Source: Callorhinchus milii (Eukaryota). Taken from it: 60,000 nt of DNA. Positions 1-12,210 of the stretch are shown piece after piece. The stretch lies in assembly GCF_018977255.1 (NCBI RefSeq), contig NW_024704743.1, forward strand, positions 3,040,001-3,100,000. The letters are read 5' to 3'. The position numbers and the translations under genes were made by a program. The notes beneath the pieces were generated by a model. The model saw nothing but the letters and a program-made list of their open reading frames with translations. It did no database searches and was not told the origin of the DNA. Each line of letters starts with the position of its first letter. Position 1 is the stretch's first letter.

Positions 1-495
1 CCGGCTCTGTGTCTATCAGCCCGGCTCTGTGTGTATCAGCCCGGCTCTGTGTGTATCAGCCAGGCTGTGTGTGTGTCAGCCCGGCTCAGCGCGGGTCAGC
101 CCGGCTCAGTGCGTGTCAGCCCGGCTCAGTGCGTGTCAGCCCGGCTCAGTGCGTGTCAGCCCGGCTCAGTGTGTGTGAGCCCGGCTCAGTGTGTGTGAGC
201 CCGGCTCAGTGTGTGTGAGCCCGGCTCAGTGTGCGTCAGCTCGGCTCAGTGTGCGTCAGCTCAGATTAGTGTGCGTCAGATCAGATTAGTGTGCGTCAGC
301 TCAGATTAATGTGCGTCAGCCCGGTTTAGTGTGTGTCAGCTCGGCTTAGTGTGAGTCAGCTCAGATTAGTGTGCGTCAGCTCAGATTAGTGTGTGTCAGC
401 TCGGCTTGGTGTGTGTCAGCTAGACTTAGTGTGTGTCAGCTCGGCTTAGTGTGCATCAGCTCGGCTTAGTGTGCGTCAGCCCGGTGTCAACCCGG
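1..495 (+). repeat. 20-bp minisatellite (consensus ~CCCGGCTCAGTGYGTGTCAG), ~24 units, running off the left edge
   Basis: Clear 20-nt periodicity; units drift from CCGGCTCTGT/CCGGCTCAGT to TCAGATTAGT/TCGGCTTAGT along the array. Confidence 0.95.
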
Positions 496-540
496 TTCTG
501 TTTGTGTCAGACCAACTCCGTGTATGTCACCATGTTCTGT

Positions 541-910
541 TGCCTCTGAGTCAGAAGGTTGTGGGTTCAAGTCCCACGTCTAGACTTGGAACCCATAGAG
601 GATAAGGAACTCTAAACTGACACCTCGTTGCATTGTCGGTGGTGGTGGCCTTTGAATGAGACTTTAAACCGAGGTCCGGTCTACCGGTCCCGGTGGACAT
701 TTACGATCCCCGGCACTATTGGAAACGAGAAGGGTGTTTCTCTCTCCCTATGTCCTGGCCGACAATCCCCCAAAACAAAATTTGTTCACTCACTTCATGA
801 CTGTTTCGTTTGCCTAGGAAATGATCCAGTCACTACACTGCACAGTAAATCCCGTGATGCACTTGTGAAAGACACTGCATCAAATATACGGATTATTATT
901 ATTATTATAA
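541..910 (+). mobile_element. tRNA-headed Deu-type SINE (SacSINE-like), degenerate
   Basis: B-box GGTTCAAGTCCC, core GAATGAGACTTTAAACCGAGGTCC, (ATT)n tail; related copies near 4520-4915, 5050-5440, 5490-5855, 8420-8810, 17270-17635, 57780-58205. Confidence 0.75.
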
Positions 911-2824
911 TCACATTCCCACCTCCATATTAATTTCAGAATGCTCTTTTTTCCCTTTATACAGTAAGAATCCAAGACTTCTCAAAGTACTTCACAGGAT
1001 ATACCGTAAAGGGCAGTGACTGGACTCGTTTTCAAAGCAGCTGGACGCTGTGATGGGGTGGGGGGGGGATGGTGTTCTGGAGGAGATGAGATCAGATGGC
1101 CCGAAGGGGTTTCTTCTTCCAAGCCTATCTTGTGATTTTTGTGACCATTTCTAGCGCAGCCTTTTTTCTCAGATCTTTGATCGCTTTTAAACAACCAACT
1201 TCTCTCCTGTTTTATTGAAGGAAGAGGGAGTCTGACTTCTGACTGTGGAGTCCTGTACCGCAGCAATAATAATCCTTTCATTTGACGTCGCGTCTTATTA
1301 CGGCTTTAAGACGGTTTCGAGGCACTTCACGGGATATACTGTAAAATGTAGTGACTGTATATTATTTGGGCGACACTCGGCAGCCAATAGCGCACAGCAG
1401 TGTCCCACAAACAGTCGTGGATTGAGTGACCAAATTATTATTATTAGGGATTATTACCCCACAACTTGACTACCAACCAGGTTCCTACTTCTAGGTAAAC
1501 GGAGGCACGTGGAGTAACGAAATTTGCCCAACGTTTCGCCCTTGCCCGGGAGTCGAACTTATGTTTTCTCGTTGCGAGGCGAGTGACTCTAACCACTGAG
1601 CTACAGGACTTCACCAAATGGTTAGCGCCCTCGCCTCGCTAGCGAGAAGACCTAGTTTGGTTCCGGGGCAGTGCGAAACCTCAGTCAGGATGACGAGGAA
1701 GGGAAGAGGGCGATGGGGGTAGGTGGGAATTAAAGGCAGGTAGAGGGGAGGAGAGGTGGGTGTTTGGGATGTAGTTGCTTATGGCTCAACCCTGACGTTG
1801 GCTCAGTAGGGCCTCGGGAAGGGAGAGGGGGAGCAAGACACGAAAGACGGATTAGAAAACCTGCTACTGTCAGACGAGATGTTAAACCGAGGTCCCGCCT
1901 GCGCGTAAAGAATCCTGCGGCACCGCTGGAAAAGCGAAGGGAGTTTCTCGCTCCCGGTGTCCTGGCCTACAGTCCCCCAAATAAAATCAGTCACTCGCTC
2001 CTTAGCTGTTTGTGGGACATGGCTGTGGTCGTGCTTTCAGCCACCCCCACCCACAAAACTCTGGGACACGCTTTCTCTATCCCTCCGCGTTGCCCCTTCC
2101 TCCCCCCCGTCTTCAGATTACACCCGAAGTCCTTCCTCTTCGCCCGTGCCTATGCTCCCCTCCCCCATCGGGCTCCATCACTCCCGGGACGCTACCCTGC
2201 ACGAGGGGCGCTATCTAAATGCAAGTTGATGCTGTGTGCAAATTGGCTGCTGCGTTCACCCACGAAACACACAGTCACTACACTTTACGGTGAATCATGT
2301 GAAGCACTTTGGGGCGTTCCCCCCCCAACCCCCGACGTGAAAGGAGCTGTTTTCCAACGTAAGGATTATTAATAACAATAATAAAAATAATCTTTTTGAT
2401 ACAGCGCCTTATCGCGTAGTTGAGATAATACATTACAACATTACATTTGTATAACACCTTTCACGTCAGGAAGACATCACAAGGCGCTTCACAGAATGTG
2501 CTGGTACGTGAAGTGACTGTGTATTTTGTGGACGCAACCAATTGCGCACGGCAGTGTCCTACAAACAGTCGTGGATTATTCTTTCACTCACAGTCACAAG
2601 AGAGAGGGAGAGGGAGAGACAAGTTACTGGACCAAACCAGAGGGGACCTTGATTTTAATTGAAAGGGACAATGCAGGTTCCTATTTTTTGAATAGGATAA
2701 ATGGGGGTAGAGGGAATGGGGGGAGGGGGAAGGGGGAAACGAGGAGCAAAGAGAGCAACGGCGACTCTGTAAGAAGAAAAATGGGAACTTTCTTTGAAAT
2801 TGTGTGTTGTGGGGACATCCGAAC

Positions 2825-3112
2825 GCACACATACACCAACACACATACCCCAACACACAGACTGCAACACACAGATAGCAACACACACACACCCCACACA
2901 CACCAACACCCCAACACACACACACACACACAGCAACACACACACCCCACCGCACACCCACAGCAACACACACACCCCAACACATACATACACACAGCCA
3001 CACACACACCGACTCACACACCAACTCACACACACACACCAACACCCTCGAACACACATACACACACCAACGCTCACACACACACACAAACACTCGTACA
3101 CCAACACCCCCA

Positions 3113-3143
<31 letters not shown>

Positions 3144-3190
3144 ACACCCCCAACACACAAACATACACCGACACGTACGCGCACACACAA
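2825..3190. repeat. CA-rich low-complexity/imperfect (CA)n tract
   Basis: Interrupted CACACA runs; source of spurious H/T- and V/C-rich ORFs. Confidence 0.9.
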
Positions 3191-3282
3191 ATAAATGAAA
3201 ACAGGCAGATGAAAAAAAGCAACGTCAAGCGAGAACAAAGGGTATATTAGAAAAATAAACAGAGAAAAAAATATGCACTTAC

Positions 3283-3750
3283 CTGAAAGCCTTTTCACAC
3301 TTTCCAAAGCCCAGAGTCAAAAAAAGGGTATTGTATAAACCAGATATATGTTATATCACCATCACAAAGCGCTCGACTCCAGGGTTATTCCTGGAAATCC
3401 CAAGATAATCCTTTTTTTTTCACCCCAAAACGGATCAATGTGTGGTGTGTCTTGTGTATATTTTATATATATATAGATATATATATATATACATATAGAT
3501 AGACAGCTCTCCCCGAGTGAACAGTCCGGACACACACGAACACACAGCGAGGAAAAAGGCAGCAAAAAAAAGTTTGTCGAAGCTCTAAACAAAACGTTTT
3601 TCCCACTTGAAAAAGTCTGCGAATTCAAGTGAAGAGGGAAAGTTATATTCCAGGCACGGAATGTCTTTTTTTTCCTTAAAACACTCTGTCAGCCAACCCT
3701 CTCCCTCTCCCTCTCTTCTCTCTCTCTCTCTCTCTCTCTGATCCTTTTAA
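3283..3750 (-). other. Putative non-coding first exon (5' UTR) of a gene continuing beyond the left edge
   Basis: Consensus donor TTTCAG|GTAAGT at 3283/3282 on minus; unique non-repeat sequence; (GA)n tract and CCAAT-like motif near 3850; upstream boundary uncertain. Confidence 0.4.
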
Positions 3751-5489
3751 TTCATTCCTCACAGTTCCTTGTTGGTTTCTGGTTGTTAGTGAGTTGGGTG
3801 AATGGAATTGGATGGATGGACTGAATGACAGACCAACCTGTCAGTCAGGCCATCCAATTATAGCAAACTGGGATATATATATATATATTTGGGTTGATCT
3901 AAAAAAAAAAGCATCTTGAAAGTCAAAACTGACAACTTAGACTCCGGCAGATCATTTTCCCCTCATGTAGAGCTTTGCATGTGACATTTCTGGTTGGATT
4001 TCTTTTCTTTATATATATATATAATTTCTTTAATATATTTAATATATTTATATCGATAAAAATAAATATATATCTTTCTTTTGATATATACTTCACCCAC
4101 AAAACACAGTCCTGTTTGCTTTGCACCGCTGTGCGCCATTGGCCGCCGCATTTCGCCCACAAAATATACAATTAGTTTGCTTTGCCATATATTCGGTGAA
4201 GCGCTTTGAGACGTCCCGGAGGCAAGATAAGGCGCTCTATCAAATGAAGGATTATTATTGTACATATTAAATATTATAAGATTCCCCCTTTACTGTTAAA
4301 CGAGCGCCTGCGATCTGATGGTGTTGGGGGGTGGGGTGGGGTGGGGGGGGGGGAAGAAATTGCTATGTTTTAAACTCTTTAAAACTTTTTCCCCCAAAAT
4401 TTGTAACAAGTTGCTGAGGGGAACGGGTGACAGGGAGATTGCCCCACCTATCGTTCACTGGAGGTACGTCAGGGTGTGGAGCCCAGCTCTGGATAACGCG
4501 AGGAGGGATTTACTGTCGGGCATTAACTATAATAACTATGATCGTCACCGGGACGGCTCAAAGAGCTTCGCAGAACACACCGAAAAGCGTAGCGACTGTG
4601 TGTTTCTGTGGGCGAAACCGGCACAGCAATATCACACAAAGAGCCGTGGAGTGAGCGACCAGTGTTATCCGGGGGATTATTGGCCAGGACACCGGGCGAG
4701 AGACGCTCCCTTTTCTTTCCAAACAGTGCCGTGGGATCTTTAACGTCCACCTGATGGGACCTCGGTTTAATGTCCCATTCGAAGGACGGCGCTCCTGATA
4801 ATACAGCATTCCCACCCTCGCACTGCGTTGCAGTGTCAGCTTAGACTGTGTGATTCCAAGTCCGGACAGGGACATCAACCAACAACCTTCTGACTTAGAG
4901 GCGAGAGCGCTGCCACCGACGCATCACTCTGGCCTTGGAAGGAAGAGCTAATAACAGTGATCAGAATATAATTTGGGGGGGTCAGCCACTGTGGAAACCC
5001 ATCACCATGTGATAGAGCATCCAAACCCAAATCAGAATTCAATGCCGTCCCACCACTTCACAGGATATGTTGTAAAGTGTAGCGACTGTGTATTTTGTGA
5101 CCGAAACGTGGCATCCAGTTGCACACAGCAGTAGTCCCACAAACAGTCGTGGAGTCATTGACTGATTTTATTTGGGGAATTGTTGGCCACGACACCGGAA
5201 CAGAGAAACTCCCTTCTCTTTTCCAACGGCGCCGCGGGATCTTTAACGTCCACCTGAACAGGCACAGACGGGACCTCGATTTAATCTAACATCTAATACA
5301 AAGGATGGCGTCTCCAACACCGTAACACCCCGTCAACGCTGCATTGGAGTGTCAGCATAGACTGTGTGATTCCAAGTCCCGCTGGAAGGGTTTGAATCTA
5401 CAAACGTCTGATTCAGAGGCTAAAGTGCTACCACTGTACCAGGCTTTCACGTTGGGAGAATGCCCCAAAGTGATTCAGATGAGTTACTA

Positions 5490-5855
5490 TAAAGTGTAGT
5501 GACTGTGTGTTTTGTGGGTGAACGCAGAAGCCAGTTTGCACACAGCAGGGTCACACAAACAGCCGTGAATTGAGTGACCAACTTTATTGGGGGATTGTTG
5601 GCCAGGACAACGGGAGAGAGAAGCTCCCTTCTCTTTTACAACAGCGCCACCGGATCTTTCAACGTCCACCTGAACAGACAGATGGGATCTCTGTTTACCG
5701 TCTCATGTGAAGGCCGAGCTGGCACTTCCGACAATGCGACCCACCCCCCTCCACCAAAGCTTAGACTCAGCTTAGACTCTGTGATTCCAAGTCCCGATGT
5801 GGGGCTTGAACCCGCAACCAGGCAAGAGCGCTACCAACTGAGCCAGGCTGACGCT
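5490..5855 (-). mobile_element. Deu-type tRNA-headed SINE
   Basis: Minus-strand head GTCAGCCTGGCTCAGTTGGTAGC (A box), GGTTCAAGCCCC (B box), body shared with other copies. Confidence 0.75.
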
Positions 5856-5991
5856 CACGGGCTGATACACTCAGCAAGTCAGAAATCAGCTGGGATGTCA
5901 TCCCTGAACCAGCAAAGCTCTATTCATCATCAGAATAATATGATATACAGTAGTTATAATCAGGGCGGAACAACTAGTGGCCCATGATAAA

Positions 5992-6272
5992 CACTGAGCC
6001 GGGCTGACACTCACTGAGCCGGGCTGACACCCACTGAGCCGGGCTGACACTCACTGAGCCGGGCTGACACTCACTGAGCCGGGCTGACACTCACTGAGCC
6101 GGGCTGACACTCACTGAGCCGGGCTGACACTCACTGAGCCGGGCTGACACTCACTGAGCCGGGCTGACACTCACTGAGCCGGGCTGACACTCACTGAGCC
6201 GGGCTGACACTCACTGAGCCGGGCTGACACTCACTGAGCCGGGCTGACACTCATTGAGCCGGGCTGACACTC
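5992..6272 (-). repeat. 20-bp minisatellite (ACTGAGCCGGGCTGACACTC)n, ~14 near-perfect units
   Basis: Near-perfect tandem units; reverse complement matches the unit of the array at 1-495. Confidence 0.97.
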
Positions 6273-6433
6273 GCACATTTGGGAAGTGAAGGTCTAGAGG
6301 GAGAAATGTGAATGAAAGATCTGCCAACAATCTCTAACAAACTGTCTGAACTCGCTGGATGGGCCGAATGGCCTCCGTTTGGTTGTAAATCCCGTGCTGG
6401 GTGAGCTCGCCCCCCCCACACAGTGTGTCCGCA

Positions 6434-7321
6434 CTAGATTTCCTTGTGCAGCTTTCTCCTTGCCACATCACTACGTTGGTTGCTTGCCTCCCGCTGGCCC
6501 TTGTCCTTGTCCGTCTGCTGCCCTGTCACCTCACAGTCCTGCCTGTTGCTGACAGTGTCCAAGGTAATTAGTAACGGTGCTAACAGCTGAGATTGACCCG
6601 GTGCCTCGCTTTTGGGCATTCTTCCCCTCAGGTTTGCCCTCAGCCGCCCGGAACCTGCACTGGGTCCGTCTGGTGCTCCTCGTGCCGTGGGCAGTGTGGC
6701 TTTGGGCAGGACTGGCCGGCTGGGCTGCGCCGATTCCCTGAGCCGTCGCAAAGAGGCTGAGCCAGAGGAGATGTCAGCTGGAGGGAAGGACATGGAAATG
6801 GCTCCGGACGTGCTGGCGTTCACCGGCTTGGGAGCCGTTCGGTTTGGGCCAAATTGCTTCTGGGCCGGGCTGGTCCTCTCCAGGCCCCCCAGCTTCCCGT
6901 GGCTCCTCACCTTTTTGGGCCACGGCTCATTGCTGGGAGCCCCGCCCGAGGCCAACTTCTCCTTGGCAGCCTTGGCCTCGGCTTGTACCTCCCTGATCTT
7001 CTCCAGCTGAGCCTTCCTAACCTCCTCAGGCATCTCCAGAGGAGCCAGCCTCGCTGGTGGCTTGGGCTGGACCTCTCTCCGCAGCCTCTCACCCTGACGG
7101 GGCTCAGGCTCGGGCACTGACAAGCCTCTCTTCTCCTCCACTGCTGCAGGAACGCCGGGCACAGAGACGTGGGGCTTCCTGACCTTCTCGCGGGCACGGC
7201 CACCTGAGCCAGACGCAATTCCATTTCCTCTTCTCTCAACCTGGCCTGGTGTAAGGGAACAAGGCTTCCTGCAGGGAGTATTGCCAGTTTGGGGCACTGG
7301 TATCTCCTGAATTGAGGCATC
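6434..7321 (-). CDS. Uncharacterised Pro/Arg/Ser-rich protein, large terminal coding exon
   Basis: 888-nt open frame in GC-rich non-repeat DNA; pyrimidine-rich acceptor TTTTTCTCCTCCAAAG|GAT (phase 0); TAG at 6434-6436; contains KPPARLAPLEMPEEVRKAQLEKIREVQAEAKAAKEKL. Confidence 0.7.
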   Translation of the reverse strand, partial: DASIQEIPVPQTGNTPCRKPCSLTPGQVERRGNGIASGSGGRAREKVRKPHVSVPGVPAAVEEKRGLSVPEPEPRQGERLRREVQPKPPARLAPLEMPEEVRKAQLEKIREVQAEAKAAKEKLASGGAPSNEPWPKKVRSHGKLGGLERTSPAQKQFGPNRTAPKPVNASTSGAISMSFPPADISSGSASLRRLRESAQPSRPVLPKATLPTARGAPDGPSAGSGRLRANLRGRMPKSEAPGQSQLLAPLLITLDTVSNRQDCEVTGQQTDKDKGQREASNQRSDVARRKLHKEI

Positions 7322-7381
7322 CTTTGGAGGAGAAAAAACAGCAATTAATCTGGACACCGACTCACAATGATCTTTACATTT

Positions 7382-7705
7382 GGAGTCCTGTAGTGCAGTG
7401 GTTAGAGCACTCGCCTCGCAAGAAAGAGTACCCGGGTTCTATTCCCCGGGCAGGACAAAACCCTCGGCAAGTTTCCTCGCTCCTCTGTTTGCCTCGCAGC
7501 AAGTAGGGATCCAGTTGTTAGACGATTGGTAGATCGTTTTTCTGGGGTTATTAACCCACCCCCAAAAAAATAATAAATTGGTCACTCACAATAATTTGGG
7601 ACGGTTGAACCCAATAATGGACTGTTTGTGGTCGATTCATTTTACAGTGTATCCCGTGAGGCGCTTTGAGCCGTCGATATCAAATGCAAGGATTAGTTTT
7701 ATTAT
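7382..7705 (+). mobile_element. tRNA(Ala)-derived SINE, older long form
   Basis: GGAGTCCTGTAG..GTGGTTAGAGCACTCGCCTCGCAAG head and ATATCAAATGCAAGGATTA tail; many related copies in the window. Confidence 0.85.
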
Positions 7706-8206
7706 TAAAGTCTAATATTCCAGAAGGCTTTTTAAAATTAATTTGGTACGTTTAACGATTTCTTCCGCGGGATTTATAGGAGTGGTACGCACACTGAAGG
7801 TCTTAAAAAAAAAAAAGCACTCTCATTTGGTGTAGCGCCTTATCACATCAAAGGGTCTCAAAGCGCTTCACGGGAATTACTGCAAAGTGTAGTGACTGGG
7901 TGTTTTGTGGGTGAAAATTTGCGCACAGCGGTGTCCCACGAACAGCCATGACCGATTTTATCTGGGAAACTGTGGGTCAGGACACCAGGAGAGTATAAAC
8001 AGACAGAGACGCGTGGAGTAAGGAAACTGGCTGAAGGTTTCACCCTGCCTAGGAATCAAACTGAGGTCCTCTCACTTGTGAGGCGCGCACACTAAAAAAC
8101 GGAGCTACAGAACTCCGAACAGAGAAGAGCAAATAAAAGAAGGAAGGAAGGAAGGAAGGCACAACGGAGTGAGAGAGATTTGCTCTGATAAGTGAAGCTC
8201 ACATAC

Positions 8207-8248
8207 CAGCCTCCTGGGCAGTTGCTGCTTCTGTCTGCGTGCGATCAT
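8207..8248 (-). CDS. Uncharacterised protein, first coding exon (MIARRQKQQLPRRL)
   Basis: ACCATG start with upstream in-frame TGA; donor CTG|GTATGT in phase 0 matches the acceptor at 7321; probable acceptor at 8312. Confidence 0.6.
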
Positions 8249-11200
8249 GGTGTTGGCAGCTCCGGGACTGTGAACCAGGGACTCTCACTGTGAGCTCACC
8301 ACCGATAAGCGGCTAATAAACATCAGGGGGGGTAAGAGAATTACAGCCAGATTAAGGTCACTCACTGCTTGAACAGAAAACCGCAGCCAACCCCACCGCA
8401 GTGAGTGCGTATGAGCGATGGAACAATCCTTGCATTTGATATAGCGCCTTATCACGTCAGCGAGACGTCTTAAACCACTTCATAGGATATACTGTAAAGC
8501 ACAGTGACTGTGTAATTTGTGGGCGAAACGCACCAGGAGTGTCCCACAAACAGCCATGGATCGAGTGACCAATTTGTTTTTTTATCTGGGGGAATCGTTG
8601 ACCAGGACACCAGGAGAGAAAAACTCCACTAGCATCACGGGATCTTTAACATCCACCTGAACAGGCAGACAGGACCTCGGGCTAATCATCTAACTTGAAG
8701 GACAGCATCTCCGACAATGCAACACCCCCAGGACTGTATTGGAGTGTCAGCTTAGACTGTGTGATTAAATCCCGACCTTCTGACTCAGAGGCGAGGTTCT
8801 ACCACTAACTTACAAAAGATTGGCAGAGCTTCACTTTACACCAGAGCAACCATCGTACTGAATCGCTCAGAGCATCAGCATCGGATGAGACGTTAACCTG
8901 AGGTCCCGTCTGTGCCTGTTCAGATGGACGTTAAAGATCCCGTGGCACTATTGGAAAAGAGAAGGATGTTTGTCTCTCCCGGTGTCCTGGCCGACAAATC
9001 TTCCAAATAAAATTGGTCACTCACTCCATGGCTGTTTGTGGGTCACTGCTCTGCGCAAATTGGCTGCTGCGTTTGCCCACAAAATACACAGTCTCTACAT
9101 CGGAAATCTTAAGACTTTTATAATAATAATCCTTTGCATTTCATCACTAGCCTTATCACATCGTCGAGACATCTGAAAGGGCTTCACAGAATATACTGTA
9201 AAGTGGATTGACTCATGAACGGTTGTGGATCGAGTGACCAAATTCTTATTTTTGAAGGGAATATTACCTCTGGAAAACAATCCACCAATCGACTAATAAC
9301 CGGGAGGGGTGTGAAGTAAGGAAACTTGCCTAAAGGTTTTGCCCTACCCGGAATTGAATCCATGTCCTCTCGCTTGCGATGCGAGTGCTCTAACCACTAA
9401 GCTACAAGTGTAATATCTCATCCAAAGGACTGCGTCTCCGACAATGCTCCGCGCCCCCAAACATTTCACTGGAGCTTCAGCCTAGACTGTGAGCTCAGAG
9501 TCCCCGGCGTGGGGTTCGCACCCACAAACCTGCAAACCAGAGCCGACAGTGCGAGTGACTGAACGGAATTGAGAGGGTGGCTGATCTTACGTTAAAGTAA
9601 GTTCGCCGGCAAATCATGGGGCGGGGAGGGGTGCGAGGCCAAGGGCAGCTGGATTATGATGCCCAGTGGATTATTACAAGTGGATTATTCTCTAAACCAC
9701 GAAACTACGTCAAGCTCAGCAGAACTGCTCCAAGTGCTGTAAATCCTGTCGCTTTGAGTTTAAAAATGGATTTGTGTTTACAGCGCAATCTCGAGGTCAC
9801 GTTCTGCAGTTACCTGACCCCTGCGGGCGGCACGAGATGTTGGGGAGCAGATGGGGGAAGCAGATAAAATGCTCCTTTTTTTTTAAAGTCAGCCGGGTGT
9901 CTGACCCACGGGGAAACCTATCACCGTGGTTAAGAGTTAAACCAAACTGAGATTTCTGCGTGTCCCACCTACGCATTGAAATACACATCGATAGCGTGTT
10001 GGAATAGAATGCACGCTCTCTCGTTGGAGGAACTCATCTTGCTCACCCAATTAATAATATTCCTTGCATTTGATATGGCGCCTTCATCACGTCTTCGAGA
10101 CGTCTCTTCACGGCTTCACAGAATATGGTGTAAAGTGGATTGACTATACTTTGCGGGTGAAACAGGGCAGCCAATTGCACACAGCAGTGTCCCACAAGGA
10201 GTCGTGGATTGAGTTGACCAAATTATTATTATCTTTTTTGAACGAATTATCACCCCGGGCAAAGCGATCCTCCAATCGACTAACAACTGGGTTCCTACTT
10301 ACTGCTAGGTAAACAGTAAAGTGTGGAGTAAGGAAACCTGCCCAACATTTCGCCCTGCCTGGGAATCAAACCCAGGTCTTCCGTTTGCGAGGCGAGTGCG
10401 CTAACCCCCTGAGCTACAGGATTCCACCTTTCATGCTAGGAAACTCAAGAGCTGGGAAAGGGATTGTAACATTGGAGAGAGCGCAATGTAGGTTTACAAG
10501 CCGACATTCTTACAGTTCACGACAGGAGAACATCTCAAAAGGGCTTGTTCCTGCTGGCTGGGCACCCAAACTGGGGGTGGGTGTGGTTTAGGGGAAAGGT
10601 GATCGAAAGCGCGGTCAAAGAGGTACGCGTTTGGAGACGGACCTTAAATGAGGGATGGGAGCGAGTCAGAAAGACTCTGGAAAGGAATGCAAGGGCGGAA
10701 TGGCTGAATGCCCGACTGCCCACCCACCGATGGTGGAGCAGGTAGGCCAGGGGACACGAAGCAGAGGGAACCCGCTGAGCAGAGGGAGCAGCTGGGTCAG
10801 TATGTGAAGGCGTGATAAGGCGTTACATCAAATGCAATGATTATTATTATTATTATTAAAGGACGTTGCAGATGAATCATAGAATCATTGAAATTCACGG
10901 AATTCAGCCCACGGAGTCTGCACTGGCTCTCCGTGATGATTATTAATTGGAGAGGGGACTAGGAGGGGTGGATGCTCGTGCACCAGTTGAGCCCTTGTCC
11001 AAGCTGTAACTATGTAGTTCCCAGCCTCGGCGGAGGGGCACAGAGGCTAGTTTTAATCCCCTTTACTTTCACCCCATCCCCGATCAACCAAGTCAGCACG
11101 GGGTATTCGGGGAGGGGGAATGCACAGGGAAAACACCTGTGTAAATCACGATCAAAAGAGGAAGGTGTCTAGGCGGGTCTTGAATGTGGGGAGGGGGCAA

Positions 11201-11614
11201 GGCTGAGGGAATAAGTCAAGGTGCAGGGGATTGGCTGAAGCCAGTTGAGCGGAGGAGGGCGGGTGATGGGAGTGGGGGGCGTAAGCAGATCGAAGAGGTG
11301 GGGAGGTGCCAGGGCACGAAGGGATTTGAAAACGCGCGAGAGGATCTTAAAATCGATCTGTTGGAGTCAGTGGGGCCCGGTTAGGACCAGGAGGGACCGT
11401 CACGTATCCAAATACCACGTGGCAATTGATCCCAATCCAGCTCTCACTGCGGAGGCACTGTCCTGTCAACCGTGACCCAGGAGCACGAGGTGTGTGTTTG
11501 TCCAGCAACCTGTGATGGAGAGAGGGTCGGAGAGAGGGTCAACGAGAGGGTGGGGGGGGGGGGGGGGGGCGTCAGAGAGATGGTGGTAGAGAGAGGAAGA
11601 GAGTGGAGGGTCAA

Positions 11615-11880
11615 CTCTGCAAGCCAAACCCCGATATCAATGGTTTTATCTGGTTAGACCCCTGGAGTTACCCCAACACACACTCTGGGGTCCCCGAGCC
11701 TTGGCTCTTGCCAACCTGTGCCTAATATTGTCGGGAATTAGGTAAACAGGATTCATCCTCCAGGGAGAGAGCGCATTCCATTCCAACAATCCATCGCTGG
11801 GATTTCCATGTGTAGATGGGACGCGTGGAATTTCCAGTTTGGTTTGGAGACTCTTAAGCGGTGGGGGGGGGGGGTTCCAC
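11615..11880 (+). repeat. Unclassified hairpin-rich interspersed repeat (partial copy)
   Basis: Shares CTGGTTAGAC, GCCTTGGCTCTTGCCAACCTG, CCTAAT..ATTAGG and TTGGTTTGGAGACTCTTAAGC with 7 other loci. Confidence 0.85.
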
Positions 11881-11884
11881 AAGC

Positions 11885-12208
11885 GGAGTCCTGTAGCTCA
11901 GTGGTTAGAGCACTCGCTTTGCAAGTGAGAGACCTGAGTTCAATTCCAGGCAGAGGGCGAAACCTTGGGCAAGTTTCCTTACTCCACACAGAGCCTAATA
12001 ATAATCCTCCAAAACCAAAAACAATAATAAATTGGTCATATTCAATCTACGACTGTTTGTGGGACATTGCTGTGCGCAATTGGCTGCCGCGTTCGCCCAC
12101 AAATATACAGTCAATTCACTTTACAGTGTGTTCTGTGAAGTGCTTTGGGACGTCCTCCCGACGTGAAAAGCGCTATATCAAATGCAAGGATTATTATTAT
12201 TATTATAT
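11885..12208 (+). mobile_element. tRNA(Ala)-derived SINE, young short subfamily
   Basis: Intact A/B boxes, TGC anticodon-like loop, L2-like 3' tail and (TAT)n; nearly identical to copies at 35604, 37900 and 47449. Confidence 0.92.
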
Positions 12209-12210
12209 TA

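Noticed and set aside
2526..3307. Long overlapping H/T- and V/C-rich ORFs
   Set aside because: Artefacts of the CA-rich tract
1..6272. 20-bp arrays as a CRISPR array
   Set aside because: Units are contiguous with no unique spacers, no cas genes, and the context is a vertebrate genome
11885..11960. tRNA-Ala gene (also at 35604, 37900, 47700 and others)
   Set aside because: Each tRNA-like head continues into the same SINE body and tail and lacks a proper acceptor stem and terminator
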